A stretch of 64,000 nt of DNA from Seison nebaliae (Eukaryota): assembly GCA_023231475.1 (NCBI GenBank), contig JALJEE010000685.1, positions 1 through 64,000 of the forward strand. Direction: 5' to 3'. Below the pieces are notes generated by a model. It had not been told where the DNA came from. It was given only the letters and a program-made list of their open reading frames with translations, and ran no database searches. Below, one piece after another: positions 38,455 to 50,675 of the stretch; positions within the stretch are counted from its first letter, which is position 1; the number at the start of each line of letters is the position of its first letter. Made by a program: the position numbers and the translations under genes.

Positions 38455-40011
38455 AATGCATTATTAACTGTTTCGTACTATTTGAAATTTAATAAAATAA
38501 CGAATTAATTGTATCTTTTCTTTCTTCCCAAATCATTCTACTTTTACCATATATTATTTTTGTGAAATCAATAACATTATTTTATTTTATCAATTTTTAC
38601 TAATTGAAAAATTAACAATTAAGGGTTAAGAATTATAATAAAATCTAATTTAGATAAATTATCCTATAAACTTTTCTTGTCTCGAATTGTATCATTTGAG
38701 AATAATAACTAGTATAACATCTCTTATTGGTGACATACATATATATATAAGTTTAAAATTGATAAACTTGATAATAATCGATTAGATAAAATTTTTTAAA
38801 ATTCTGTTAGTTTTTGAAAAAATTTTTGGAGAGTTAATTTTTTGTAAATTAGGAATTTACGAATTAATGTTAATTAATGTTTGTATAAAACTCAAACGCA
38901 CTTTTAATAAGAGGAAGGTGCAAAATCAATGAAACTAGTTGAATTAGTTGATGAGAAATGGAATAAGTGCAGATAAGAATTATAAGAGGGAATTGAAAAT
39001 TTTAATTATCGATTCCATATCGTTCGAATTCCTAAGTTGATATTTTTGATATAATTGTGAAAAGTTTTGTCTATTTTAGTGTATTTGTGTAGTGTATGAT
39101 ATTTTATTATTCAGTTTCCGAATGAAGCATATCTCTTAAGTTTCTATGTTATCGATTGTGAATAGAATCGATACAATTAGGAAATAGTTCGAAAGAATTT
39201 CTATTTGACTGTTATTTATCTTCCTTCTTCTTCGGTAAGTTGTGCTATGATGAAAAGTTGGAGTAAATTGTTCATATTTAAATAAACACTTGTGACTGTG
39301 TTGCTTCTAGAGCATCTGTTTATCAACAAGTCGCTTTAATTAATAAGTTTGATTTCCGTTCAATTCTTTCTGCTCATTATTTCATCCATTGTGCAGATGG
39401 ATTGAAGATGAAAAGAAAAGCAGAGTGAATATACTAATGAGTAAACTTCGCCTAGATAGTTTTTTCCTATAAAAAATCACGAGGAGTCAAGTGAAAATGT
39501 GAGGAATTGTATATGAATTATGAGGAGGGGAGGGATAGTATCGATTGTCATGTAGAGATTGACAAACAAAACTGAATGAATATCAATTGTTGATGTTGAT
39601 TATCGTTTTACCTATTACTTCCTTTATTGTATATTGTGCTTATATTCAATTCTTCCCATTTCTGTTTTGTTCGTTTTAATTATCAGGTTCGTCTTCCCAT
39701 ATACTGAAGTTACTTACGATTACAATTGTTCTGCGAATGAAGATAATCATAAAATTGTATTGGGAGAATATATTTGTATAATTTACCCTCGTTCAACTCA
39801 CTTTTATCGCTCCAAGTAATTGATCTGTGGTTATGTTGATTGCATGTATTTGCATAAAATAATCATATTATAATGGAAAGAAAACTTTCAATCTTAGTAA
39901 TTCCAGAGACGAAAATAGAAATCTCTCAATCATTCAATCCAATCATTTTATTTCGCCTCACATAACTTATTCCATCTTTTTCTTCATTCATTTCCACAAT
40001 TCCAGAATAAA

Positions 40012-43000
40012 ATGAAAGAACTTTTATTTGTATATCTCTTCACTCTCCATACAATGATCTACCTTGCCAGATCAGCATATGATGATTATTTCACGGATGA
40101 AGATGAACAGATTATCGAAGAAATTACCGGTCCTGTTATTTCTGTTTCAGAAGATGAGAAAATTGGTACTCTCATCTTTAATTTTAATGACGCCATCGAC
40201 AATTCTTTTCGAACTGAAGAAGATAAAGAAAATCTGAGGAAGCAAATAAAATTCAATTGCTCTTTGGAATTTTCTGATAAGAATAAGATCAATAATTTTC
40301 TTTCAATCGATAACTACTCGGTAATCATAGAAAAACGGCTAAATCGTGAAGAACTTTGTGGATCAGCTATTATTTGTGTCTTTAATCTAGTCATGGAAGC
40401 CATCTCTCTCGACATCAATCGAACACTAATCAATTTCAATGTTCGTTTGGTCATTACTGATGCGAACGATAATAGACCCCAATTTAATCAAACCGAATTC
40501 CATATCCTTCTAAATCTTACCGATAATTATAACAATCAACAATTCCAATCTTATCAATTACCTACAGCACATGATGCAGATACTTCTTTAATGAACATTA
40601 TTCAATTCTATGCCATATACCCATATGATTTCCATAAAATTCAAAATCTTAATCAATCCATTATCGACTTTATTGAGACTCCTAATAATGTTATACTTCG
40701 AAAAAACTTCTATCAAACAAGAAGTGAAACTAACAATTTCGATTTATCTTTTTCTAATCCAAATGAATTATTTCTGTTAATTAATTTGAATTTTGTTGAA
40801 ACTATAAAATTTCCATTTTATCTGATGTTGCTCGCTTGTGATAAGTCGCCAAAATATATTGACCTGATAAATTTGAATGAACGTTGTGGAATGATAAACA
40901 TTATTATACGAATTAATCAATCAACAATTAAACCATTGATTTTTTGCGATATCGAACATTTGGGACAAAATTTAATCGTTCGAAATTCCTCCTTGCAATT
41001 TACATACATTTCTTCAATCGTCAATCATATCAACGTCAGAAGAAATGAGACATTCATCAATTCTTCATATTCTTCATCTGATTTAATTAAGAACGATAAT
41101 TTAGTCTCTATATCAATAATAAATGAGATATTAAAAGATTATTCAAATTTGGAAATTGATAATTTGGACGAAAATTGTTTAACTTCGTTCAGAATTGATG
41201 AATCTTCCCATATAATGGAACGTCAAATTCAAATTTCAGTTACAGCAAATGAATATCAATTTAAGGAATGTATTCTTCCTATTAAATATTCACTGAAATT
41301 TAATAGATTTCAAATATCAACAATTTGTTTAACTCAAATAAACTTTGTTCAAGAGAATGTTGACGAAATTTTATTGATCGAAGATTATTTTCGAGTAAAG
41401 AATGAAACAAGTTCAAATTCTTCAGTTAGTTTTACTGTTTTTCGTTTTTCTGCTTCATTTTACTTGGAATGAATTTTAGTTTGTGGGAAATTTAGAAATT
41501 GCAAATGGATATGAAATAGAAAAAGTGAAATTAATAGATATGAAATGTTCGAAATCTGTTTCAACGAACAATCATTCTTATCGACAACTTCGATCAAAAA
41601 TGAATTATTTCTTTCAAGTGAAACTTGACAAATTATCCGGATTTGTCAAATTATTTATTAATTTACAAAAATTGATGTTTAATCAATTAAATTGTGGATT
41701 GTTTAAGTTGAAACTATCTGTAAAGATTTGTCCCGTTATTGAAGAATTTAATCAGAAAAATGTTTCATATCGTTCAAACAATTCCACGAAACATTTCGTT
41801 CATCATCCTGCCACACAAGTTGATATTTTTGATAATGATGAAAGAGAATGTATGAACGATGTACCAACGATATTTATCGAAATATTACCCATAAATAATA
41901 TTCCTCCAAAATGTGGAATGAATTTATTTGAGATTGATGAATTAACTTCGAAAAACGACCAAAAGTGGCATTCATTGGGTTATATTACTGCACATCTCCC
42001 TCAATCTCTGTTAAATACCACAGCCATACAATTGTGTTACTACGGGAACTGGTCAAATGTTGTAATTTTCGGGTCTCATTTAATGATAAATTATTCGACA
42101 GGACAATTATTTATTAGTTCTGATATTATGGATGCAGAAGAATTGAGGTTAATCGATACAAATGTCATTGTGCGAAGTCGTGAACTAAACGAAAATGTCG
42201 ACGGAGATATTTGTCGATTAGATAATGTCACAAATGAACCATTTTCCATTTGTGATATATCAATTTCAATTAATGATGTTGATGAATATCAATTGAAATT
42301 TAATTTTTCTCAATTCATTTTTTCGAATAACTTAAGATTTATTCTAACTAATGAAACATCAGTTGAGATTAACATTGACGAGGATTATCAAATATCTCAA
42401 GAGTTGTTATTCATGCCAATTAAAGATGAAGATATTGAATTAGTGGATTTCGCTTGTTTCATTATAACACCAATTGATGAAATTGATTTTAATTTGTTAA
42501 TCATTCGCAATCAATCAATCTTCATCATTAACGAAACTTTGATCGATTGTGAATATTATGATGATTGTCGTTCTTTCAATTTTATTATCGATCTTATTTC
42601 TTGTCAAACTCATAAACAAATTGATTCATTTAATCTCCTATTATCAGTCAACGATATCAATGATCATTTTCCAATAATTCTAAACAATTCTAATGAAGTG
42701 GAACTAGCGGCAAATAATGTAGATATGAAATGTTTAATGACGAACCTTCAAATTTCAGATGAAGATCGAACAGAAAAAAATCGAGAGATATCTTCAAGAA
42801 CAATAATAAAAAATTATTTTCTTAAAAAAGTTAAAAATGAATTTAAAATAGTTGAAGGACAGAAAAAAACCTTAATTGAATACTATAAACTTCAAAATAG
42901 CACCATCGATAATTTCCAATTTAATCTCAATGCCAGTGATACAGTTGGAGAATATTTGATTCATGAACAAATTATTTCAGTACAATTGGAAAACAATAAC

Positions 43001-43489
43001 ACTTCCAGTCGAAATTTACAGTCACCGAGAAACATTTTCACAATAATTAAATGTCATCATAATAAGAATGAATTTAATCCAACTCGTTTATTAAATGGAA
43101 AATTGACAAACGAATCGATCTGTAGAAAAGACAATTTTTTTGATTTACCAAATATGTTGAATGAAAATTTAACATCGAGAAGAAAAATATTTACGGGTAA
43201 TTCATTTTGGATTTTGCCGTTGTCAATAGGCTTATTTATTTTTATTACTTTTGCTCTATTCTTTTATGCGTCGGCAATTGTGAAAGAGACTGAAAAGAAA
43301 AGACCACCATCGAGTTATGATCGAACGGTAGTCGCTGAACAATGTCAATTAATTTTGAATGATGAGAATAAATCTGAAAAATTAGCATGTTGCTATCCCT
43401 CTCGTTCAGTGACAGAAACATGTAATAATCTAAATCAACCAATTGTCGCTGTTCAATTCATTGGGGAATTTGAAGTAGTAAATGAATAA
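40012..43489 (+). CDS. Divergent protocadherin-like type I membrane protein
   Basis: Signal peptide; cadherin motifs SVSEDEKIGT, LNREELCG..C, ITDANDNRPQF, AHDAD, INDVDEY, IDCE and VNDINDHFP; TM FWILPLSIGLFIFITFALFFY. One GTTAGT..TAG intron joins ORFs 40012-41472 and 41483-43489. Confidence 0.85.
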
Positions 43490-43608
43490 ATAAGAATGTG
43501 AAAAAGTATCTTTCTCAATTCAATATTTATTTTACAACATTTGCTTGGAAGAACGTCAGATCATTTTTTGAAAAAGAAAATTTATTTGAAAATCCAAAAT
43601 TTTCTAGA

Positions 43609-46600
43609 ATGAAAATTCTTATACTAAATATTTTATTTCTTATTTCGACGTATGGATATAATGTCGGCAATTTGCAACAAGATAAAAGTCGTCATTTTAT
43701 TCCTCCCGATTTCTTCCGTCCATCATTCGAACCATCCAACCAACAATGTTCTCACAAATTCTCTACTCTCACAAGTTCAACGATAAGAGAATTCTGTCAT
43801 AGTCTTCCTTATGATGAATTTGAAATGACAGCACCGATTGGAACGATCGCGAATACGATTGAAGAAGCAATTGATGTTCAGAGGAGGAATCGCATTCCAT
43901 TATTAAGACATTTCGTCTGTCAACTCTACTTACCAAGATGCATCAAAATATCTATGAAAATAGAAAAATTATGTCAGTCAACATGTTATGCGTTTACGAA
44001 TTATCTTCGAACAGTTTCAGGCTCTCAAGATATGACACTCGCTTATTTAATAGATAACGTATGTCGAGAGTTACCTAATGAGAAATGTTTAGTGACACTC
44101 AACCGGCTAAGTCCATCATCAGCAATGACAATCGAAAAAATAGTTTCAGAAAAAGCATGTGATTTCATTGGAATAAATGCTCAATTGCCGATATTGGGTA
44201 ATATTCATTCATATCAAGAATGTATATTAAAAGATTCCTATATGACTACTAATCATAGAACATGTGCCAATAGGGAATTCGATCCGATTAAAGAACATTG
44301 TCAAATTGTTAATGGTGGATATCTTCCAAACGAACCTGTTCATGCAGTTCAAAGTGTGGAAATTGTAGATGGATGTCAGTCGAAACCTTGTGGCAAATAT
44401 GGAACTTGTTTATCGAAGAATGGTGGAAAATATAAATGTCAATGTTTCTTAAATTATCATGGTGCACATTGTGATAAGTTATATGATTATTGTGGTTCGA
44501 ATTCAAATATATGCCGTACAATTGGTCATGGTTCACCGTTCGTTAAGGGAGAATGTTTATCTCATGGAGATAATCGTCATTTATGTCGTTGTATTGTGGA
44601 GAAGAATCGAGAAGAATATTTGAGTAATACTGATTGTATGGAAAATGATGTTAACTCCATGACGTATATTGTGAATCCTTGTGTAGATTATTCATTGAAA
44701 TATTTCAACAAACAGAAATTACAACAAGATCGAACAATTGATGGTCACGCAATGTCGATTGGTGACACATTTCCTTATTTATGGGATTACTCTGCATTTA
44801 TTCAATGTGGTGCAGCAAATCATATTCATGTTCAATATTGTCCTCCAACTCATGGAAGAAATCGATTATTGATTTATGATGAATTGAAATATCGATGTGA
44901 ATATTATACGACAAAACCTCAAAGAATTGTACATCATACAGGATCACAACCGTCGGTCTATAATTCAAAGCCAACAACTTCTCATATTCCAGTACATCGG
45001 AATAACATCAATCAGAAAAACTATGAAAATCGACAGAACATTATTGAACCAATAGTATATCATCAAGTAAGTGAACATATTGAACCAAATTTAACACCAC
45101 ATCAACAAACTGAAATAACTCATCATGAACCGATTTCTCTCCATTCACAGAAAATTCAGCATAACAATATCGCAAATGAAAAACCCCATTTCGTTCATAA
45201 GGAAAGAATTCACCATAAACCGATTGAACATCAATCAGAAGTTCAATTCCATCAAATTCCTAAAACACAAGAACATGTTCAAGAACCACAAAATTTTGGC
45301 GAATTTGGACCCGTAGAACAACAACGACAACAAGATAATAATCACAACCGTCAACCTCATGTTCCAATACCAAATGTGAATATCAGGTCTGAAGTATTTG
45401 ATGATATTATGGAAGGAGATAGTCATCAACCAAAAATTAACCAACATAGAGTTCCTGTTGAGTCGAATGTCAATCATCATCAACAGCCAGAGATGCACAC
45501 ATCAATGTTAGAAGAGCATCGAGAAGGAGAGAAACATTTATCGAATAATCCTTCTTCTTTATTGAATCTTGTACCACATATGCCTCTAACAATCAATACT
45601 AACCCAGATACAATTCAACAATCAATTCATCAACCAGCTCCTGTTGTCCATCAACAACTACCTACACAACATTCGCTGATGAACCAAGGTAACACAAATC
45701 ATGTGGAATCGTTTAATCAACAAGAGGTACAAGTTCCTGCACCTACTCACCAAGCAAAACTTTCTATTAATAATCAACCTCCACAGCAATCACAAATTAA
45801 TCATTTTAATCAGCAACATACATCAAGTCATGATTTACCACATCCCAATCAATCTGGCCTATTACGAAATCAGCAACAACATTTACCATCACACAATCAA
45901 GAACAACATTTACCATCAAATAATCAAGAACAACATTTACCACAAATTAATCAACAACAACATTTACCATCCAACAATCAACAACAACATTTACCATCCA
46001 ACAATCAACAACAACATTTACCACAAATTCATCAACAACAACATTTACCACAAATTAATCAACAACAACATTTACCACAAATTAATCAAGAACAACATTT
46101 ACCACAAATTAATCAACAACAACAGTTACCACAAATTAATCAACAACAACATTTACCATCCAACAATCAACAACAACATTTACCACAAATTAATCAACAA
46201 CAACATTTACCACAAATTAATCAACAACAACACTTACCATCAAACAATCAACAACAACATTTATCACAAATTAATCAACAACAACATTTAACATCAATTA
46301 ACCAACAGCAACATTTACCATCAATTAACCAACAGCAACATGTATCTACTAACAATGATAATTTTGCAAAAGAGAATGTTCATTTTATTCAGCATCAACC
46401 TACTGAATCTCAGCAACATGTTAATAACCATTTTCAATCCCAACAATCATTCTTGCAACAACCAGAACATCATGAAACTACTAATGCAATGAAAAACTCT
46501 GAAATATCAAGTGACTATAACGGAATTGATTATACTAATCCGATTGACATGCCCACATCGGTGAAGAACATGTTCTCAATGAATCATGATTACACATGGG

Positions 46601-46902
46601 ATGGGGTCTTTAATTTAAAAGCTAATGATACTGCCGACGGCAACGTTACCACAAAAGTACGAGAAAGTTATCTGGAATGTACGGTAGACGTGTCGAGAAT
46701 ATTGTACGATATTGGGTCGAAAAAATTATTGACGTTAAAAGCAAAGGAAGCGAATATTGAAAAGGTTTGTGAAATCGCCCATAAACCGTGTGTCAATACG
46801 TATAAACTGTTGCAAACTGTCCAAATGAAAAATGCAGAAACTACTATTCGACATTGTGTTAAGATTCTTATGGAATTTGTAAAAGAAAGTTTGCGACATT
46901 AA
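43609..46902 (+). CDS. Secreted multidomain protein: Frizzled-CRD-like, EGF x2, chitin-binding (CBM14)-like, His/Gln-rich repeats, C-terminal Cys domain
   Basis: ATG 43609 gives signal MKILILNILFLISTYG. Then CHSLPY..LLRHFVCQLYLPRC..LCQSTC (CRD-like), CQSKPCGKYGTC..YKCQCFLNYHGAHC (EGF) and FPYLWDYSAFIQC..VQYCP..IYDELKYRC (CBM14-like). Single long exon. Confidence 0.85.
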   Translation: MKILILNILFLISTYGYNVGNLQQDKSRHFIPPDFFRPSFEPSNQQCSHKFSTLTSSTIREFCHSLPYDEFEMTAPIGTIANTIEEAIDVQRRNRIPLLRHFVCQLYLPRCIKISMKIEKLCQSTCYAFTNYLRTVSGSQDMTLAYLIDNVCRELPNEKCLVTLNRLSPSSAMTIEKIVSEKACDFIGINAQLPILGNIHSYQECILKDSYMTTNHRTCANREFDPIKEHCQIVNGGYLPNEPVHAVQSVEIVDGCQSKPCGKYGTCLSKNGGKYKCQCFLNYHGAHCDKLYDYCGSNSNICRTIGHGSPFVKGECLSHGDNRHLCRCIVEKNREEYLSNTDCMENDVNSMTYIVNPCVDYSLKYFNKQKLQQDRTIDGHAMSIGDTFPYLWDYSAFIQCGAANHIHVQYCPPTHGRNRLLIYDELKYRCEYYTTKPQRIVHHTGSQPSVYNSKPTTSHIPVHRNNINQKNYENRQNIIEPIVYHQVSEHIEPNLTPHQQTEITHHEPISLHSQKIQHNNIANEKPHFVHKERIHHKPIEHQSEVQFHQIPKTQEHVQEPQNFGEFGPVEQQRQQDNNHNRQPHVPIPNVNIRSEVFDDIMEGDSHQPKINQHRVPVESNVNHHQQPEMHTSMLEEHREGEKHLSNNPSSLLNLVPHMPLTINTNPDTIQQSIHQPAPVVHQQLPTQHSLMNQGNTNHVESFNQQEVQVPAPTHQAKLSINNQPPQQSQINHFNQQHTSSHDLPHPNQSGLLRNQQQHLPSHNQEQHLPSNNQEQHLPQINQQQHLPSNNQQQHLPSNNQQQHLPQIHQQQHLPQINQQQHLPQINQEQHLPQINQQQQLPQINQQQHLPSNNQQQHLPQINQQQHLPQINQQQHLPSNNQQQHLSQINQQQHLTSINQQQHLPSINQQQHVSTNNDNFAKENVHFIQHQPTESQQHVNNHFQSQQSFLQQPEHHETTNAMKNSEISSDYNGIDYTNPIDMPTSVKNMFSMNHDYTWDGVFNLKANDTADGNVTTKVRESYLECTVDVSRILYDIGSKKLLTLKAKEANIEKVCEIAHKPCVNTYKLLQTVQMKNAETTIRHCVKILMEFVKESLRH
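45871..46356 (+). repeat. Coding 27-bp tandem repeat, 18 units (QQQHLPQIN / QQQHLPSNN)
   Basis: Units such as CAACAACAACATTTACCACAAATTAAT, counted from the translation. Confidence 0.95.
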
Positions 46903-47139
46903 CTTTTTTCTATCTCTCTTAGTTTTAGTTAGTTATAACAGAATTTTCAGTTCTTTATTTTCTCTCATATTATTAATTCCGCGATTTAAATTATTTCCTC
47001 CATTTTAACATTAAATAAAGTTTTGATCATCAACTCTTTGATTCAATAAAAAAAATTTATGACAAAATTTAAATAAAAAAAAGGCAATTCTTGTTAGGTT
47101 TATAAATTAAAATCCATAAAGTTTCGTTGAAAATAATCT

Positions 47140-47228
47140 TCTCGCGAAGCGGATTTGAACCACTGACCTAAGGATAACAGCGTACATAATTCTACAGTCC
47201 TCCGCTCTACCAACTGAGCTATCGCGAG
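47140..47228 (-). tRNA. trnY-GTA: tRNA-Tyr (GTA) with 16-nt intron
   Basis: Minus strand reads CTCGCGA TA GCTC AGTTGGTA GAGC G GAGGA CTGTAG [AATTATGTACGCTGTT] A TCCTT AGGTC AGTGG TTCAAAT CCGCT TCGCGAG A. Full cloverleaf, intron at canonical 37/38, T-run downstream. Confidence 0.96.
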
Positions 47229-48003
47229 ACGATTGGATGGTTCAAATATGATACTAATCATTATTATTTCTTATTTCTTACAACAAATCTCCGCATAAAT
47301 TAAAAGAGAAACGTTAAGACTCAACTGATGAGTTATTAGAGTAAAACTAAAAATTAATTAGACTAAAAAGTAGTATGGAAAGATGAAAAGAAGTTATCTT
47401 CGACGTTTCTCTTTCTCCAAGAAATAAGAAAAAAGACTATCCCTTATTTTCTTCTTTTCGATTTTCCAACCTTTCTTTTTTTATTTTCAGATTTGAATCG
47501 AATACAAAAAAATCGAAGATAGCCACTTTTTTTCTCTTATTTCCTATCAATTTTGTCCGATGTCAAGAATTGAAATGGTCCTTCATTTTCGTATTTTTTT
47601 GGAAATACGAGCCGTCCGTTTTTGCAAGTGCGGTATCTCCGCTTTCCTCCGTGAGAATTGTCTGTTTAGCTAAGGAGCCAGTTGATGGTTTTTTGTTGGT
47701 CCTGTTGAGATTGACTGAACTTACAATGAACTTGGTTGATTAAAGAACGTTGTGCTCCATCGAAAAAGATGTGGACTATCAAAGAGAAAACAGAAATAAT
47801 TAGAGTCGCTGAACTCAGAGATTCTGTTAAATGTCTGTTAAATAAATAAAAAAAATAATTAATAAAATAGAAAATGAAATTTAATTTTATAAGTTCAATG
47901 ATTGAAATTTTCGATTTCATATTTTGATTGAGTTAAAACAAATAAATCTTTAACAAAATCTCTATTTTATTTTTTTAATAATTTTTAAAATTTTTTAAAA
48001 AAA

Positions 48004-48868
48004 ATGATCGGAAAAGCTATCATAATTCTAAGATTATTTGAGAAATTATTTTTACTTAGTAAATGTTTCGAATTATCTAAAAATAATGGAAGTACTCGTT
48101 ATCCTAATGAAATAACTGAATTAATAGAAGAACAATTCCAGTTTAATTGGACAAATACAGACGAGTTCTGTATAAAGAATATAAATTTCCAAGTTTAAAT
48201 TCTTTCTTATTATTTGAAAAGTTTAAAGAAAATTTATCAGAATAAAACGGATAACATTAGTTTAGAGGATTATGAAATAGAGCATATTAATGTAACACGA
48301 ATGATATTTAATGAATCATTGAACTGTTCAAATATTTATTTTTTGAAGCAGAAAGTTCATTGAAATAATGATTGTACTTAAATCTATTTTTAGAAAAGTA
48401 CTATACTTCAAAATTTCATCAATGAAGAGTTTCTTTTGTCCCAAACTGCAACTTCCACAAATTTACCAGGAACCACGAAATTATTTTTCTTTTTTAATAA
48501 TGATCTCCAACCAAGAAAAGTTAATAAGAAAAAGGAAAAAGAGAACAGTAGTTTTATGTCAGGTCACCTAAAAATAGTACTGATCGTAGGTACCATTATT
48601 GGTACCATATTTCTTTTTTGTTGTGGTTGTCGCTTAGTACTTCTTCGGGTACAAAAGTTCTTGCACAATTTCTATACATTAAGACTTATCTTATTTTTTC
48701 AGAAAATTAGAAACAGAACGATTCTTGAAAGGAAATGTTCTTCATGAGTTAGAGGTTCATTCTGAAGAATACAGCGAATCGTCAAACGAATATAAGGATT
48801 GGAATATAGTGCTGAATGAACCTGCTCAAGAATATGTTTATCATTATTCATATACATATGACGCGTGA
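48004..48868 (+). CDS. Lineage-specific single-pass membrane glycoprotein, paralogue A
   Basis: Three GTT..AG introns give an open frame: NWTNTDEFCIKNIN, LEDYEIEHINVTR, TM IVLIVGTIIGTIFLFCCGC, C-terminus YVYHYSYTYDA*. Confidence 0.8.
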
Positions 48869-49244
48869 GAAAATAATTGTTTAGTTATTTATTCGACGAT
48901 GAATTGGACAAACAAATGAATTTTTTCCAAAATTTTCGTCAATTAATCATTGACGAATAGTAAATATTATCTGATTAGTTTCTTCATTTATTAACGGAAC
49001 CATTGAATTTAGAAACCAAATAATTAGTACCTTGTCAAATAATTTTGATTTCGGAAAAAACTTTTCTTGTTGATTAAAATGGTAATTCTTAATTTAGTTC
49101 AAAATATTATTTGTTAGTAATTCAATGAAGTAATAGATAAAATTTTCAATTTCTCTTTTTGATTAACTCTAATTTTACAAATAAAATATTTAATATAAGT
49201 TTCGTTTTATTTCAAAATATTTTAATGCTAAATTGGTGAAATAA

Positions 49245-50239
49245 ATGATCAAATTCTTTATTATCAGTCTAAGGATATTATTAAAACTATTGGTAACGTG
49301 TGACTGTCATGAATTATTGGAATCTAATGGAACCACTCCATTCATTAACCAGATATCAACCGAAATTATAAAAGAAATTACGTCGGAGGTTATAGTTCAA
49401 CACATTCCGGAAGTCACTCAAATGGTAGTTGAACATTTCTCTTCTAATTGGACAGATAGCGATGAATTTTGTATAAATCATATAAATCTGGAAGTTAAAT
49501 TTTTTAAGAATAAATCATTATACCATTATTTTAACAGGAAAAAATTGAGAATATCACGTTAGATGATTATGAAATTAAGAATATAAATGTGACACGAGTA
49601 ACATCAAATGATACATTGGATTGTATTAATGTCTATTTCTTTAAAGGGAAAGTTAATTCGAAGAATTTTTATTCCATAAATTCAGTATTAGAATATTTCA
49701 AAATCTCATTCGACCAGAGAAGAAGATCTTTTTGATGCATATCTTACGACAACAGAACTGGATATAACATCAACCAGTTTTCACTTTCATAGTTCATAAT
49801 ATAAGAAGGAAATATTTTCAGTTCAAAAGAATACTACAACGAAAAATAATAGCTTCATAGCAACTCATTTTAAAACGATAATGATCGTCACTGGAATATT
49901 AGGAATCTTACTTATCATTATTTGTGTCAGTAGAACAATGATTGATCGGGAATCATCGATTAATAGATTTCAAGAGTTCAAGAAAGAATAAGTAAATAAT
50001 TATTAATTTTTCTTTTTAGAAAATTTGAAAAAGAAAGTTTTCTAAGCAAAGTAAAAGAGAATGAAGCATTGGCGAGATCGAATGGATTAAACATCAGAGA
50101 ACTACGTTCACGCAATGATTTTAATGGTTGGAACGAAGCAGTAACGAAAGAAATGCCAATTCAAAAAGATACTCACCCGCCACCGAATGATCTACCGAGT
50201 GCTTATGATTATAATTATTCGTATACGTACGACTTATAA
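49245..50239 (+). CDS. Lineage-specific single-pass membrane glycoprotein, paralogue B
   Basis: Four GTT..AG introns: NWTDSDEFCINHIN, LDDYEIKNINVTR, TM IMIVTGILGILLIIICV, C-terminus YDYNYSYTYDL*. Intron positions are shared with paralogue A. Confidence 0.8.
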
Positions 50240-50675
50240 GAACAATAATTTATTACAATTTAATTAATTAAAAATCAAAATCAAAATGTAATTTGAAAAG
50301 AATGAACTCTAACTCTAACTCTAGTAAGAATAAAAGTTTGTTCTAATGGAAAAAAATTCATAAAATTTTCTTCTAAAATTAAAGATACGTATGAATATTT
50401 GTACGAATCTAACAAGAGAATATTTCTAACAAATATTTAGATAATATATTCTTCAACTGTAAGAAATTATTTAGACGTAGATCTGCATAATTTTCCTCTT
50501 CAACTAAATGGACAACAGATAATGGAAAAAACGAACGGTGAACATGTAAATAATATTAATGTATTGAAATTAAAAAAATAAATATATATATATATATAAA
50601 AAATAAATTAATAAATAATCTTAGAATGTAGAAAAATTATGATTTTATTTTACTAGAAGAATATGATTTTTTATT

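Noticed and set aside
43498..43608. ORF-track N-terminal extension (GTG start) of the 1134-aa ORF, and other TTG/GTG starts
   Set aside because: Bacterial-style starts do not apply. The ATG at 43609 gives a proper signal peptide.
45701..46291. 196-aa NNNIYHKLI-repeat ORF, and a CRISPR-like appearance of the array
   Set aside because: Alternative frame of the 27-bp coding repeat. Units are contiguous with no unique spacers, there are no cas genes, and the context is eukaryotic.
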